From Limnochordia bacterium (GTDB taxonomy: Bacteria; Bacillota; Limnochordia; DTU080): DNA of 64,000 nucleotides. The notes beneath the pieces are model-generated. The model saw only the letters and a list, made by a program, of their open reading frames with translations. It ran no database searches and had not been told where the DNA came from. Made by a program: the position numbers and the translations under genes. The stretch is from assembly GCA_050951545.1 (NCBI GenBank), contig JBMNJG010000004.1, positions 1 through 64,000 of the forward strand, written 5' to 3'. Positions 30,963 to 41,672 of the stretch are shown here, one piece after another; position 1 is the stretch's first letter, and every line of letters begins with the position of its first letter.

Positions 30963-30975
30963 GACGGAGGTGCGA

Positions 30976-31257
30976 ATGATGCACAGGATGAATGGTGTAT
31001 TGCGCCATATCGGAGAGGTTCTGGGAGCCCTCGTGATCGTAACTGGCATCCTGCGCTTTGCCTACGCTGAGTGTGTGGCGTGTCTACTCATCGCTTTGGC
31101 GATTATCATCGGTGGGCCATTGGAGGATGTGCTCACCCGTTGGGCCGTCAAGAAAGGAAAAGACGACGACGAGCGTCAGCAGTTGGCCCGTCTTGTGGAT
31201 CTGTCAACCAGCATTGGATTTCTGATCTGCCTGGGCTTGGCCATCTGGATGATATGA
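30976..31257 (+). CDS. Small hypothetical membrane protein
   Basis: GGAGG RBS, three hydrophobic segments. Confidence 0.65.
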   Translation: MMHRMNGVLRHIGEVLGALVIVTGILRFAYAECVACLLIALAIIIGGPLEDVLTRWAVKKGKDDDERQQLARLVDLSTSIGFLICLGLAIWMI

Positions 31258-31296
31258 TTTGCACCTGGGGCACTAGAGGGATGAAGGAGCACACGT

Positions 31297-32082
31297 ATGA
31301 ACGAACGGGAGAGTATCGAGTACTACCTATCTCGCATGCCCGAGATCGTCGCTATGCTCGAATCACACGCCCGGACGTGGCGACCGTTTCTCACGGCCGC
31401 CTACGGTGGTCCATTCGCCGAGGGCGTTATTGGTGAAAGCCAAGAGCGGTCTAAGGCGTTGATCCCTACGCTTCCGTACATCGGTGGCGACCATAACCCA
31501 ATGACGCGTCATCTCTTGCGGTCCACAGCGAGCTTGGTGTTGTACCAGGCCATGAAGGCGCGGGGAAGAACGGCGGAAGAGACAGGCAAAATCCTCTACG
31601 AGGCGGTGACAGCCAGTGTTGGTCGGCTGCCCTGCCGCGATTTCGAGCTTACTGCGGAGTATGTTGCTAGCGAGAAGGCGCGGGCGCGCAGATCGCAAGA
31701 GAGGCCTTACCCTGGCGACTGGGTATGGGAGTTCGTAGAGGGTGATGGTGAAGCGTTTGATTTCGGGTGCGATTTCCTAGAGTGTGGCACTCAAAAGCTC
31801 TATCTGTCCCATGGTGCGCAGGAATTCCTGCCCTATTACTGCTATCTCGATTTCGCAACGCACCGCATGTCTGGCTGGGGATTCGCTAGATCCATGACCC
31901 TGGCCGAAGGCTACCCAAGATGCGATTTTCGCTGGAAGAGGGGAGGGGAGACCGAGAAGGGATGGCCTCCACCTTCTGTGCCTGTGGATCCCGAGGACAA
32001 ACGCACGGAGGCCAGTACCATGCGATGGATCGCCCTGACATCTCCTCTGGCACCGGGATGCCTGCTGCATCGAGTAGGGTAG
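31297..32082 (+). CDS. L-2-amino-thiazoline-4-carboxylic acid hydrolase family protein; C-terminus probably extended by read-through
   Basis: LPYIGG, DFLECG, PYYCYLDF, TLAEGYPRCDFRW. Confidence 0.75.
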   Translation: MNERESIEYYLSRMPEIVAMLESHARTWRPFLTAAYGGPFAEGVIGESQERSKALIPTLPYIGGDHNPMTRHLLRSTASLVLYQAMKARGRTAEETGKILYEAVTASVGRLPCRDFELTAEYVASEKARARRSQERPYPGDWVWEFVEGDGEAFDFGCDFLECGTQKLYLSHGAQEFLPYYCYLDFATHRMSGWGFARSMTLAEGYPRCDFRWKRGGETEKGWPPPSVPVDPEDKRTEASTMRWIALTSPLAPGCLLHRVG

Positions 32083-32150
32083 GGGGTAGATCGACCAGGC
32101 TAACAAGTCGCCTGAGCTCTCCTACCCCCTGGAACTCGGGGCCCGCACGC
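32020..32150 (-). pseudogene. Sulfatase C-terminal fragment
   Basis: GPEFQGVGELRRLVSLVDLPPTLLDAAGIPVPEEMSGRS. Confidence 0.7.
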
Positions 32151-32154
32151 AGAC

Positions 32155-33084
32155 TCATCTACCTACTATGCTGATGTCTCCTATGGATACCCGGATTTCC
32201 AGATCGCCGGTTGGCTCTCCTTGACCGAGAATGCCGAATGCAGACGACGTCATCGCCTCAGATTTCCGTTCAGTAACCGGTAGATCGGTGTTCACTTTTC
32301 CTGCGTCGGTAACGGCCTCTAGCCTGACGCAGGTGGAGCGGGGGACAGTCATTCGCACTTTGCCGGCTGACGACGCCACGTAGTTTTGCTTGCCGAGTGA
32401 CCCGTCGAATGTGATGTCTCCCATCGACGTGGAGAGCTTCAACTGGCGTTCAATAGTGGCGTTGGTTACCGCAATACGTCCGGCCGATGTCGTGATTGTC
32501 AGGTTCCCGGTAACGGATGTGGCCTCAATGCTGCCCATGCGCACGTGGGCTTCGATTGTTCCTCGAAGGTCGTGGAGTCGGACTGTTCCCGCCGTTGCCT
32601 GTACGGTGACTGCCAGCCCCGATGGTACCCGAAGGACCATGTTTGTCAGGCCCTCCGTTGGGCTTGGCGCGTCTGGCGATGAAGGCTCAGGACGCATTGC
32701 CGAGCCAACGACCCGAACCGTACCTCCGTCCTGAACCGCGTCTAGGCTGACGTGGCGGAGACGCTCACGGGCGATCTGATCAGAGGGGCCGTGGGCGACT
32801 AGTTCTCCGTCGATACTAATCCTGTTGCCATGGGCACTTGTCACGGTGATTTCGCCAACCCCTGCCTCAACCTGAATGCTGTGGATCCCCTCTGTGTCGA
32901 ACTCCCTATGGAAGGAATCGTCCACCGCTCTACAGGGGGCGTCAAGCCCGAAGTAGGGGTAGGAAAACGCATCGGAGTATTTGCTCGCAAGCAACCCGCT
33001 ACCGTGCACCCATGGCCGTGTCATGCTGGCCAAGACTGAAAGACCGACCAGAGCTACGAGGACTATGCTTCTTCTGGAATGCAT
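32155..33084 (-). CDS. DUF4097 beta-strand repeat protein
   Basis: N-terminal TM; repeated xxGxIxV units (GVGEITV, TAGTVRL, RMGSIEA, SAGRIAV, SMGDITF, SIGDISI). Confidence 0.8.
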   Translation of the reverse strand: MHSRRSIVLVALVGLSVLASMTRPWVHGSGLLASKYSDAFSYPYFGLDAPCRAVDDSFHREFDTEGIHSIQVEAGVGEITVTSAHGNRISIDGELVAHGPSDQIARERLRHVSLDAVQDGGTVRVVGSAMRPEPSSPDAPSPTEGLTNMVLRVPSGLAVTVQATAGTVRLHDLRGTIEAHVRMGSIEATSVTGNLTITTSAGRIAVTNATIERQLKLSTSMGDITFDGSLGKQNYVASSAGKVRMTVPRSTCVRLEAVTDAGKVNTDLPVTERKSEAMTSSAFGILGQGEPTGDLEIRVSIGDISIVGR

Positions 33085-33098
33085 TCATCCGTCCCTCC

Positions 33099-33839
33099 TT
33101 AGGCGTCCACTTCTGATTCTAGAATCTTGCCAGCTACGATGAGCAGGGCTACTGTGGCGGCTAGTGCTGGCCACACTGGGAGCAGCGGCACCGCGATTCC
33201 CCTCACCGGATCCAGATCGTTGACGGATTTCGCGGTTACTGGGTTAGGCAGGAACGAGGCGATGTACATAACATGTGGGCCGAAGGCGAGGCAGAGATAC
33301 CACACCAGCACATGCACGATCACTGCGATCAGGCCGGAAACCCGGGGCACCAAAGTGCCGATAACAAAGGAGAACATCCCTACGGCGATCATGAAAGCGA
33401 TACCCGACATGGCTAGTATCGTTATCCAGATTCCGCCCGTAGGAGCGATTACCATCATCCCCGCTGATCCGGGTGTCCTACTCGTGACGTATAGCACCCC
33501 AGCGACCGCTACCAGCGTGACGAGCACCAGGTTGAACAGAATCACAGCCAACTTCGCCGTGAGCAATCCAGTCCCGCTCATCGGGTAGGATAAGGTTCGC
33601 ATTGAGGTGCGAGACCGCCACTCGGCGCGCATGGTGGAAAAGCCTGCCACGACTGTGGCTATGCCCACACCCGCAAACGGAATGCACGACAGAACCACGC
33701 CGACATCCCTCAGAGAGGACCACTTTGGGGACTTGATCCCGAGCCACACGTCAAGAGCTATAACGGCTGCTATGGCCACCGCGAGCAGCGTCCATGTGTC
33801 GCGCCATTCCTTGCCAACCATAGTCCACCAACGCTTCAT
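33099..33839 (-). CDS. ABC-2 type transporter permease
   Basis: MKRWWTMVGKEWR start, about six TM segments, LSYPMSG...AKL. Confidence 0.8.
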   Translation of the reverse strand: MKRWWTMVGKEWRDTWTLLAVAIAAVIALDVWLGIKSPKWSSLRDVGVVLSCIPFAGVGIATVVAGFSTMRAEWRSRTSMRTLSYPMSGTGLLTAKLAVILFNLVLVTLVAVAGVLYVTSRTPGSAGMMVIAPTGGIWITILAMSGIAFMIAVGMFSFVIGTLVPRVSGLIAVIVHVLVWYLCLAFGPHVMYIASFLPNPVTAKSVNDLDPVRGIAVPLLPVWPALAATVALLIVAGKILESEVDA

Positions 33840-33840
33840 C

Positions 33841-34533
33841 TCAGCACACCTCCGCGAAGATCTCATTGAGTGACTTGCCTTGCGTGGCCCGCAGTTCGTC
33901 GGCGTTACCGGAGAGCACAATCTGTCCATCTGACAGGAACACCACGTCTTCGAACAGCTTCTCCGACTCCAGCACTTCATGGGTGGATATGAAGATCGTC
34001 TGTTCACCAGTCCGATACCGCGAGGCTATGGTCTCTAGAATGCTAGCACGCGACGGCGGGTCGATTCCCGCGAGCGGTTCATCCATGAGTACCAGGCATG
34101 CCCGGCGGGACATCGCCAGCGCCAGTTTCAGACGGCCACGTTGCCCCCTGGAGAGCGCGGAGATCTTGTTGTCTGGATCTAGTCTGAGCTCTTTGAGAAG
34201 CTCAAGGGCGTCAGGTACGTCCATGTCGCCAAACATCGAGTTTTCGAAAGTGACAGCCTGCCGCACGGTCATCCAGGAGTAGAAAGTGTCATTTTCCGGG
34301 ACGAAGGCGGTGAGGCTCTTGGTCGCCGTGGACACTTCCCGCCCCAACACGCGGACTTTTCCGCTCGTCGGATGGGTCAGCCCAGCGCATATCTTAAGCA
34401 GCGTGGATTTTCCGGCACCGTTTGGCCCGAGCAGGCCGACTATCTTACCCGACTCTATCTTGAGATTCACGCCTCGAAGCGCGTGTGAGCGGTAGTACCT
34501 TTTCTGAACACCCGTCATTTCGATGGCTAGCAT
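33841..34533 (-). CDS. ABC transporter ATP-binding protein (YtrB-like)
   Basis: GPNGAGKST, LSRGQ, LMDEP, STH. Confidence 0.93.
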   Translation of the reverse strand: MLAIEMTGVQKRYYRSHALRGVNLKIESGKIVGLLGPNGAGKSTLLKICAGLTHPTSGKVRVLGREVSTATKSLTAFVPENDTFYSWMTVRQAVTFENSMFGDMDVPDALELLKELRLDPDNKISALSRGQRGRLKLALAMSRRACLVLMDEPLAGIDPPSRASILETIASRYRTGEQTIFISTHEVLESEKLFEDVVFLSDGQIVLSGNADELRATQGKSLNEIFAEVC

Positions 34534-34913
34534 CAATGAACACCCCCGTTCGAGCCATTCAGGCCCTGCGATACCAATCCGATGATCTCTTCATCGGAAT
34601 AGCGTAACCTGCGCATCTCGTTGATGAATGATCGCACTGCGGTAGCCGTCACCTCTGATCTGGCCTCTTTCGCTATGTCAGGGGAGGCCTTGATGAAAGT
34701 GCCTTGGCCCCTCTGGGTTTCGACAATGCCGATTCTCTCAAGTTCCGTGTAGGCGCGTTGCACTGTGTTCGGATTTGTTCGTGCGTCTTTGGCCAGATCC
34801 CTCATCGACAACAGCTTATCGCCGGGCGCCAGCGATCCGACTGCCAGATCCCACATAACGCTTTGCATGATCTGTACGTAGATCGGAATTGACTCGTCGA
34901 AGTTGATTTGCAT
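34533..34913 (-). CDS. GntR family regulator, YtrA subfamily
   Basis: PIYVQI, PGDKLLSMRDLA, NPNTVQRAYTELE, RGQGTFI; short C-terminal domain; leads the ABC operon. Confidence 0.92.
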   Translation of the reverse strand: MQINFDESIPIYVQIMQSVMWDLAVGSLAPGDKLLSMRDLAKDARTNPNTVQRAYTELERIGIVETQRGQGTFIKASPDIAKEARSEVTATAVRSFINEMRRLRYSDEEIIGLVSQGLNGSNGGVH

Positions 34914-34997
34914 TGAATCTCCCCCTTCCCACAGCTCTGGCACACCATTGCCCGAACATCCAGTACGTCCAGTCGCCCCACACTGTCATATTGACCT

Positions 34998-35062
34998 AGT
35001 GTACTAGGTACCTAATACAGTGGCATTAGCATCATACTAAGCCACTTCGCTCAGGGTGTCAA
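34998..35062 (-). promoter_or_regulatory. Sigma-A promoter with YtrA-type operator
   Basis: Minus strand TTGACA (35062-35057), 17 nt, TAGTAT (35039-35034); near-palindrome TGTACTAGGTACCTAATACA at 35000-35019 fits the YtrA TGTA...TACA box. Confidence 0.75.
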
Positions 35063-35161
35063 TCCCATGTGAGGCGTAGGGGGCACACGGGTGGATACGC
35101 TACACTCTGAATGAGCCAAAATGGCCTAGTGTGCTCATCGGAAGGTAGCCAGTCGTAGAAC

Positions 35162-36180
35162 GAGACGCTCTTGAAAAACCAGCCACGCCATCGCTGGTTT
35201 CTTTATCGTGGATGAGATGTAGGCTGTGGACCCTGATGGATAACCCTACGGGTTACCCACAGACTCCACAGCCTCTACCATCGATCAATCTGTTGTCTAG
35301 ATACTTGTTCCCCGTCCTGTGGAGAGGAGGCGGGAGAAATCCGTCATTCATGAGGTAGAAAAGCCTCCACCTCGGGTGAAGAGGTGGGATTCTGATGGCA
35401 TCCCCGCGCACAGCTCTAGCCAAGCCAAATGGGGTTCCTCAGACTCTCTCCTCGGCCCATCCGGAGAGAGGAGGGTTGACATACAACCCCAGGGCTGCGA
35501 AGTCAAGATCGTTGATGACCAAGTTGAGTTGGAGAGCCGATCCGCCTTGCCTGTAGCTTGTGCAAAGGCGACACCATACGTCGCTGGGTCGGGCGTGTCG
35601 CTGACCAGTTACTTTAGCTGGCAGGATCTGAAGCGAAGTAGCGTAGGTAGCAGTGGCGACGACGGAGCCAAAGCCAGGTGAATCGCACACCATAGTCACA
35701 GAATGGGCTTGTGGGTGTGTGCAGAGCGGCTTGCGTACCGTGCGGGAGTGCTTGATCAAGAAGAAGATTGGCAGACGACTGCCGCTGCGCGCGACGTACG
35801 CATCAACCGGAAGCTGTTCCGGCTTCTCAAGCCCAGGTGCCAGCGGTGCGGCGAGCAGGCCAAGCACGGCTGGGCGCTCAGTGAATCTACGGAAACACCA
35901 CAAGCTTAGTCCGCGGGGTCGCCTTCGCTGAGGCGAAACCACTGAAGATGCATCTCTTCGCCTAGGAGTAGGGGCGCGTAGAAACCTCGTTCCACGCTCT
36001 GATAGCTCTTCTGCCCTGCTCTACAGCACATCACCGGATAGGGTCGATGGCGCCCTCTCGGACCACCTTCGGCGGACTCAACCCACGAAAACGGCGGGTT
36101 CCCCTCCCCAAATCGCTGTTTCCCAACCTCAAAAACCGCACCCCGAACAGCGGACTGTACATAACCCTTTCTGACGCCCC
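35162..36180 (+). mobile_element. Heavily degraded IS remnant, possibly IS1182-like
   Basis: Scattered transposase-like peptides (IPAHSS, LKPRC, FAEAK, FHALIA) broken by stops and frameshifts; end-like sequences GAGACGCTCTTGAAAAAC and TTTCTGACGCCCC. Confidence 0.35.
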
Positions 36181-36385
36181 AGACGATGAACCGGACGGAC
36201 CAGCGTCGCCCTCTCACGGCGAAGCTGGGTTGTGTGGTGCACAAGCGGGACATGAGACGCGTGAGAGCGCAACCTCATCGCCTAGAGACAGGGATTCCAG
36301 TCACCTATCGCTGTCTCTTGCGTGGTCGCCGAGGCGTAGGCGCGGCAGGGTTCGCTAGGTCCTTGTCGAAGGGGGAGGAAATGCA

Positions 36386-37117
36386 TTGGGCAAGGATAAT
36401 CAAAGGAGCCTCGTGGTGGTCAAGATACTGAAGAACGATTGGGCTGATAGGCTTAACGACCAATTCGAGATGCCATACTACGTGACACTGCGCGAGTTTC
36501 TTATCAGCGAATACCGCAGCACAACGGTGTACCCTGACATGTATGACATCTTTAACGCACTGCATTTCACCTCGTTTGCCGCGACTAAGGTCTGCATTCT
36601 TGGTCAGGACCCCTATCATGGTCCCGGTCAGGCACATGGATTGAGCTTTTCGGTGAAACCCGGCGTGACACCACCCCCATCGCTGCAGAATATCTTTGGG
36701 GAGCTAGAGAGCGATCTGGGCTGCCCGATTCCCAACCATGGCTGTTTGGAGCAGTGGGCCAGAGAGGGGGTCTTGCTGCTCAACACCGTCCTGACCGTGC
36801 GCCGAGGTCAGGCGAACTCGCACCGCGGACAGGGATGGGAACGCTTCACCGATCGTGTCGTGGAGGTCCTGAACGATCGGGAGGAGCCCGTGGTCTTCAT
36901 CCTGTGGGGACGGAATGCCCAGGCCAAGAAGTCTATGATCGACGCAGGCCGCCACTGTATCATTGAATCGGCGCACCCTAGTCCCTTCTCTGCGCGCCAG
37001 GGCTTTTTTGGCAGCCGGCCCTTCTCACGGGCCAACTATTTTCTGCAGCAGATTGGAAGAGGTCCCGTGAATTGGGAGATTCGGGACACCGTGGCGTCGA
37101 TGCCTTCGGGTCTGTAG
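36386..37117 (+). CDS. ung: Uracil-DNA glycosylase, family 1
   Basis: [41 protein letters not shown]. Confidence 0.96.
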   Translation: MGKDNQRSLVVVKILKNDWADRLNDQFEMPYYVTLREFLISEYRSTTVYPDMYDIFNALHFTSFAATKVCILGQDPYHGPGQAHGLSFSVKPGVTPPPSLQNIFGELESDLGCPIPNHGCLEQWAREGVLLLNTVLTVRRGQANSHRGQGWERFTDRVVEVLNDREEPVVFILWGRNAQAKKSMIDAGRHCIIESAHPSPFSARQGFFGSRPFSRANYFLQQIGRGPVNWEIRDTVASMPSGL

Positions 37118-37123
37118 CTAGCG

Positions 37124-37912
37124 ATGGTGTCTGTCCGTTTCCAGGCATACTGGGAGGCCTGCGGCCGCGAGTGGGAAAGGCTCGCAGAGGATCTGCGAGA
37201 AGCCACTGGTTACTTGGTGCTCAATCCTGGGATCTACGGGGCTCCCTGGCACGCCCGCCGGCTGGAGCTTTACCCACCTGAGCCTGGGGGGCTAGTGGGG
37301 ATAGGTCTGAACCCTGGTCCCTACGGTATGGGCCAGACAGGGATCCCTTTCACTGATATCAAGCGTATCCGGGAGTGTTTGCCGCTCTTGCGTGATGCAC
37401 TCGAGCAATCACGGGAGCCTCTTGCTGTGCCTGGGCTGGCACCAAGCTCATTGCATCCCTACCTGAAGCTCCAGCATGAAGCCAGCTCAGTGCGTATCTT
37501 TAGGTTCCTGGAGAAAGCCTTCGGCGACGCAGAGCATGGCCTCACCCAATTGGCCTTTGCCAACCCGTGCTCCCTGTTGTTTATCGATAAAGAGTGTGCG
37601 AAGAATCGTACCCCAGCCGATTTCCGTGCACGGGTTCGCCAGAGGCAGCGCCAATGGAGTGATGCTCAGCTGCAGGCGCTGTTGCACAGAGTCAGAGAGC
37701 TTCGTCTACAGTGCACCTTGGCAGGTGTGCGCGCTCTTAAGGCCCGGGGCGTCATTCTCTTTGGCAAGGATGTGCAGAAAGCGGTTGGTGAAGAGCTGCG
37801 GGCGAGCCTGGGCGCTGAACGTGTGCTGTGCTATCCCCATCCTGCTCGGGCGGTGCCCGAGGCATGGAGTGCAGGCTTGGTAGCGGAACTGCAGCGTTAC
37901 CAGTTGCTGTGA
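37124..37912 (+). CDS. SMUG1-like (family 3) uracil-DNA glycosylase
   Basis: GLNPGPYGMGQTGIPF matches SMUG1 motif GMNPGPFGMAQTGVPF; EASSVR, KNRTPAD, HPAR. Confidence 0.8.
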   Translation: MVSVRFQAYWEACGREWERLAEDLREATGYLVLNPGIYGAPWHARRLELYPPEPGGLVGIGLNPGPYGMGQTGIPFTDIKRIRECLPLLRDALEQSREPLAVPGLAPSSLHPYLKLQHEASSVRIFRFLEKAFGDAEHGLTQLAFANPCSLLFIDKECAKNRTPADFRARVRQRQRQWSDAQLQALLHRVRELRLQCTLAGVRALKARGVILFGKDVQKAVGEELRASLGAERVLCYPHPARAVPEAWSAGLVAELQRYQLL

Positions 37913-37927
37913 GGACTCCCGCACGGT

Positions 37928-39049
37928 CTAGAAGGCCATGCGTCGCCAGCCTTGGCGGCTGTAGTCGCGGGGGGGCAGACCCAGGATCTCTCGGCCCGTA
38001 TCCACGTAGTAGCGGTAGTTTTCTAACGGCGTACCGTTAGGAATGCGGTGGTCTAGCCCAAAGACCATCCCGCCCTGGCGCATCATTGGCTGCATCTTGT
38101 ACTCGAGTTCCCGGCGGATCGCTTGCCTATCCTGACGCAGGACATGCTTGTCGATGCCGCCCAACATGGCCAGACGGTTGCCATACTGGCGACGCAGGGC
38201 CACTACATCCATACCCGCCGCTGGTTCCATTGGGTACATACACGTGAGACCCGCGTCCAGGAACGCACAAATCACTCCGTTCAGGTTGCCGTCGCTGTCT
38301 TGCTGGAAGATACGTGTGCCCCGCGAGGAGAGCATATTCCAGATGCGACGATAGTAGGGGGCGATGAACTCTCGGATATGCCTGGGGCCTACAAGTGGGC
38401 CTGATCTACCCGCCAGGTCTTCGTGTACCGAGAGCTGATCGATGGTCAGGTGATCGCTCACTCTCTCGAGCACCTGCATGGCAGTATCGCCAAGAGTAGT
38501 CAGGATGTCACGCATGAGCTCTGGCTGGTCGTAGTAGCAAAGGCAGGCCCCCTCAGCTCCCATTAGCTCCCGTGCAGTGTCGTACCCACCCGGGATGTGG
38601 GCTACTACCAAAGTGCCCTCAGTCTGAGCACGGCGGGCGACCTCAACCTGATCCCAATCTAGGCGCTCCTCGCAGAACTGAAACATAGGCTTCAACTTGA
38701 GCCAGGAGTCCATGTCCTTTACAGGGAAATCGAGGGGCAGGGCTATCGTAGCCACGTTCTTGGCTAGCTTGACGGTCCGCCCCAAGTGATCACGCTGCAC
38801 GAGGTATGCGCTCGTTTCCTCGAGAACGACACTTTTCATCCAACTGCGAGGACCCGTGTGGCCCCCGCAGTTCACTACAGGAACATAATCCCAATCGAAG
38901 GCGACCATGTCGATCTCGGCCTGGCTGGCCCCTTGCGCCCGCCATTCCTCCTCCAACCCGACCAGTGGACCGAACAGCTCCACGAACATAGGGCGCTCTA
39001 CTCGGCCGAAAGTCATGAGTTCCAGGTACTGCTCTCGATGCCACTGCAT
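37928..39049 (-). CDS. Uroporphyrinogen decarboxylase (URO-D/MtaA) family protein
   Basis: EDLAG, DSDGN, YPMEPAAGMD, GGIDK, DHRIP. Confidence 0.88.
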   Translation of the reverse strand: MQWHREQYLELMTFGRVERPMFVELFGPLVGLEEEWRAQGASQAEIDMVAFDWDYVPVVNCGGHTGPRSWMKSVVLEETSAYLVQRDHLGRTVKLAKNVATIALPLDFPVKDMDSWLKLKPMFQFCEERLDWDQVEVARRAQTEGTLVVAHIPGGYDTARELMGAEGACLCYYDQPELMRDILTTLGDTAMQVLERVSDHLTIDQLSVHEDLAGRSGPLVGPRHIREFIAPYYRRIWNMLSSRGTRIFQQDSDGNLNGVICAFLDAGLTCMYPMEPAAGMDVVALRRQYGNRLAMLGGIDKHVLRQDRQAIRRELEYKMQPMMRQGGMVFGLDHRIPNGTPLENYRYYVDTGREILGLPPRDYSRQGWRRMAF

Positions 39050-39076
39050 GGGTTCCGCACCCTCTTTCCGCAGGCG

Positions 39077-40714
39077 TCACCGCAAGCGTTTGTATATCCG
39101 GATCAACCCGTTGGTGCTGCTGTCGTGAGCGCTCGTCGTCACCTCTGCGCGCAACTCTGGCAGAATCACTTGAGCCAGCTGTTTGCCCAGTTCCACACCC
39201 ATCTGGTCAAAGCTGTTGATATTCCAGATGGCACCCTGTGTGAAGATCTTGTGCTCGTACAAGGCGATCAGCATGCCCAGCGTCTCTGGTGTAAGTCGCT
39301 TGAACAGGAAGGCGTTGGTGGGCTTGTTTCCTTCAAAAGTCTTGGCGGCTGTCAGCGTCTCCAGCAGCTCACCGGAGTAGCCCTGTGCCAGAAGCTCTTG
39401 ACGCGTTTCGTCAGCGGTGCGACCTTTCATGAGTGCTTCGGTCTGTGCTAGGAAGTTGGCGATGAGGATGGTGTGATGCTCTCCGAGCGGATGATGGCTC
39501 TGTGCAGCAGCGAGGAAATCGCAGGGAATCAACTTGGTGCCTTGGTGGATCAACTGGTAAAAGGCGTGTTGGCCATTGGTACCGGGCTGTCCCCACAGAA
39601 TTGGGCCAGTCTGATAGTCCACTACCTGTGCATCTTTCGTGACCCGTTTGCCGTTACTCTCCATATCACCTTGCTGCAGATAGTCAGGGAAGTAGGCGAG
39701 GTACTCGTCGTAGGGGAGGACGGCGTGGCTTTCTGCGCCCCAGAAGTTGTTGTACCAGATGCCGAGAAGGCCCATGATCACGGGGATGTTTTGGGCAAGT
39801 GGTGTCGAACGAAAATGCTCATCGGCTTTGTGTGCGCCCGCCAAGAGCGCTTCGAAGCCGTCCATGCCGATATGCAAGACGATTGAGAGCCCAATAGCCG
39901 ACCACAGGGAATAGCGCCCGCCGACCCAGTCCCAAAAGACGAACATATTGTCTTGGTCGATACCAAAGGCTCGCACCGCTTTCCGGTTCGTTGAAATTGC
40001 TACGAAGTGTCTGGCTACAGCGGCCTCGTCCTGTAGATGATCCAGTAGCCAGGCTCGAGCCGTGTAGGCATTAGTCATGGTCTCTTGTGTGGTAAAGGTC
40101 TTGGATGCGACCAGAAAGAGCGTTGTCTCTGGCGACAGCCCATGGAGGGTCGTGGCAATGTCAGTTGGATCGATGTTCGAGACGAAATGCACCCGCAAGC
40201 GGCTATGGCCGTAGGGCTGCAGGGCGTGGGTAACCATGCGTGGTCCCAGATCGGAACCGCCGATGCCGATGTTGACCACATCGGTGATGGCCTGATCTGT
40301 GTGCCCCCGCCACTCGCCGTTGCGCACCGCTTCGGAGAAATGGCGCATCTTATCGAGAACCGCGTTGACCTCAGGCATTACGTCCTCACCGTCCACGTAG
40401 ATGGGGCGGTTGGAGCGGTTGCGTAAGGCGATGTGCAATGCTGGGCGACCCTCAGTGGTGTTTATCTTGTCGCCACGGAACATGGTCTGAATGGCCTGAG
40501 GTAGCCCGGCTTCCTCTGCGAGTTGTAGGAGGAGCGAAAAGGTCTCTTGTGTGATACGATTCTTGGAGTAATCGAAGAGCAGGTCGTCGAATACTACGGA
40601 GAACTGCTCAAATCGTTGGGGATCGGAAGCGAACATCTCGCGCATGTGCTGCTGAGCTATCTTCTGCTGATGCGCAGCCAGTGCGCGCCAGGCAGGCAGT
40701 TGTGTTACGGACAA
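39077..40714 (-). CDS. pgi: Glucose-6-phosphate isomerase
   Basis: [46 protein letters not shown]. Confidence 0.98.
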   Translation of the reverse strand: MSVTQLPAWRALAAHQQKIAQQHMREMFASDPQRFEQFSVVFDDLLFDYSKNRITQETFSLLLQLAEEAGLPQAIQTMFRGDKINTTEGRPALHIALRNRSNRPIYVDGEDVMPEVNAVLDKMRHFSEAVRNGEWRGHTDQAITDVVNIGIGGSDLGPRMVTHALQPYGHSRLRVHFVSNIDPTDIATTLHGLSPETTLFLVASKTFTTQETMTNAYTARAWLLDHLQDEAAVARHFVAISTNRKAVRAFGIDQDNMFVFWDWVGGRYSLWSAIGLSIVLHIGMDGFEALLAGAHKADEHFRSTPLAQNIPVIMGLLGIWYNNFWGAESHAVLPYDEYLAYFPDYLQQGDMESNGKRVTKDAQVVDYQTGPILWGQPGTNGQHAFYQLIHQGTKLIPCDFLAAAQSHHPLGEHHTILIANFLAQTEALMKGRTADETRQELLAQGYSGELLETLTAAKTFEGNKPTNAFLFKRLTPETLGMLIALYEHKIFTQGAIWNINSFDQMGVELGKQLAQVILPELRAEVTTSAHDSSTNGLIRIYKRLR

Positions 40715-40844
40715 GGTCGCTCACCTCTTGCTCTTATCATAGTGTGGGAATGCTCTATGAACAAGCCTGGGTTAATACCAGATGCGCGTGCTCGTGTGGA
40801 ATGATATTGCGTGGGAAAACCCGTGTGAAGGAGTTGTAGGACGG

Positions 40845-41402
40845 ATGGAAAGTGGCCAGAGGCTTGGGGCAAGGGAGACAGCCACCTTTGGCGGCGGCTG
40901 TTTTTGGTGTCTTGAGGCGGTGTTCGACGATCTGCGCGGCGTGGAGAAGGTAGTGTCAGGCTATTCGGGCGGCTCCGTGGCCAATCCTTCGTATGAGCAG
41001 GTGTGCACAGGCGAGACGGGGCACGCTGAGGTCGTGCAGGTGACTTTCGATCCAAGTCAGATCTCCTTCGGCGACCTACTGGTGGTCTTTTTTACCATTC
41101 ACGATCCAACCACTCCTAACCGTCAAGGCGGGGACGTAGGCCCGCAGTACCGATCAGTGATCTTTTGTCACTCGTCGGAACAAGAAAGAACCGCCAGAGC
41201 GGTCATCCAGGCGCTTAACAAAGAGGGCATCTGGGAGGCGCCGATCGTTACGGAAGTGATCCCCTATGAGAGGTTTTATTCTGCTGAGGACGGCCACAGC
41301 GACTTCTTCAGCCGCAATCCGCTTCAGCCATACTGCCAGGCAGTCGTGGCTCCTAAGGTACGCCAGTTTCGCCGCCAGTTCCTGAGCAAACTCAAGAGAT
41401 GA
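40845..41402 (+). CDS. msrA: Peptide methionine sulfoxide reductase A
   Basis: GGGCFWC, GYSGG, TGHAEVVQV, HDPTT, QYRS. Confidence 0.96.
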   Translation: MESGQRLGARETATFGGGCFWCLEAVFDDLRGVEKVVSGYSGGSVANPSYEQVCTGETGHAEVVQVTFDPSQISFGDLLVVFFTIHDPTTPNRQGGDVGPQYRSVIFCHSSEQERTARAVIQALNKEGIWEAPIVTEVIPYERFYSAEDGHSDFFSRNPLQPYCQAVVAPKVRQFRRQFLSKLKR

Positions 41403-41443
41403 TCGGGGCCTAGCGCTGCGTCTCATGGTGTGCGACAAGGGCC

Positions 41444-41672
41444 TTAATGAAATCTTCGAGTTGCTGCAGGTCTTGGTTGAGCGCTGGTCGTATGGCCAAG
41501 GCGTCGAATGCGGCGCAACTCATCCAGACAGGCGAAAGTGCAGGAAGACAAGACCGCGGGCCGAACGTCCTCCAAAGGGATACTCATACTGACGAGTAGC
41601 CGCCGGTACATCTGCCTGCATGTCGATGAGCAGCCCACGAAGTTCACTCGCTCGTTCCTGACTCCCGTTCAT
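41444..41672 (-). pseudogene. HEPN (HepT-like) toxin remnant
   Basis: N-terminus MNGSQERASELRGLLIDMQAD overlaps the MNT stop; another frame gives MSIPLEDVRPAVLSSCTFACLDELRRIRR; middle deleted and RHxxxHxY-type motif disrupted. Confidence 0.7.
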
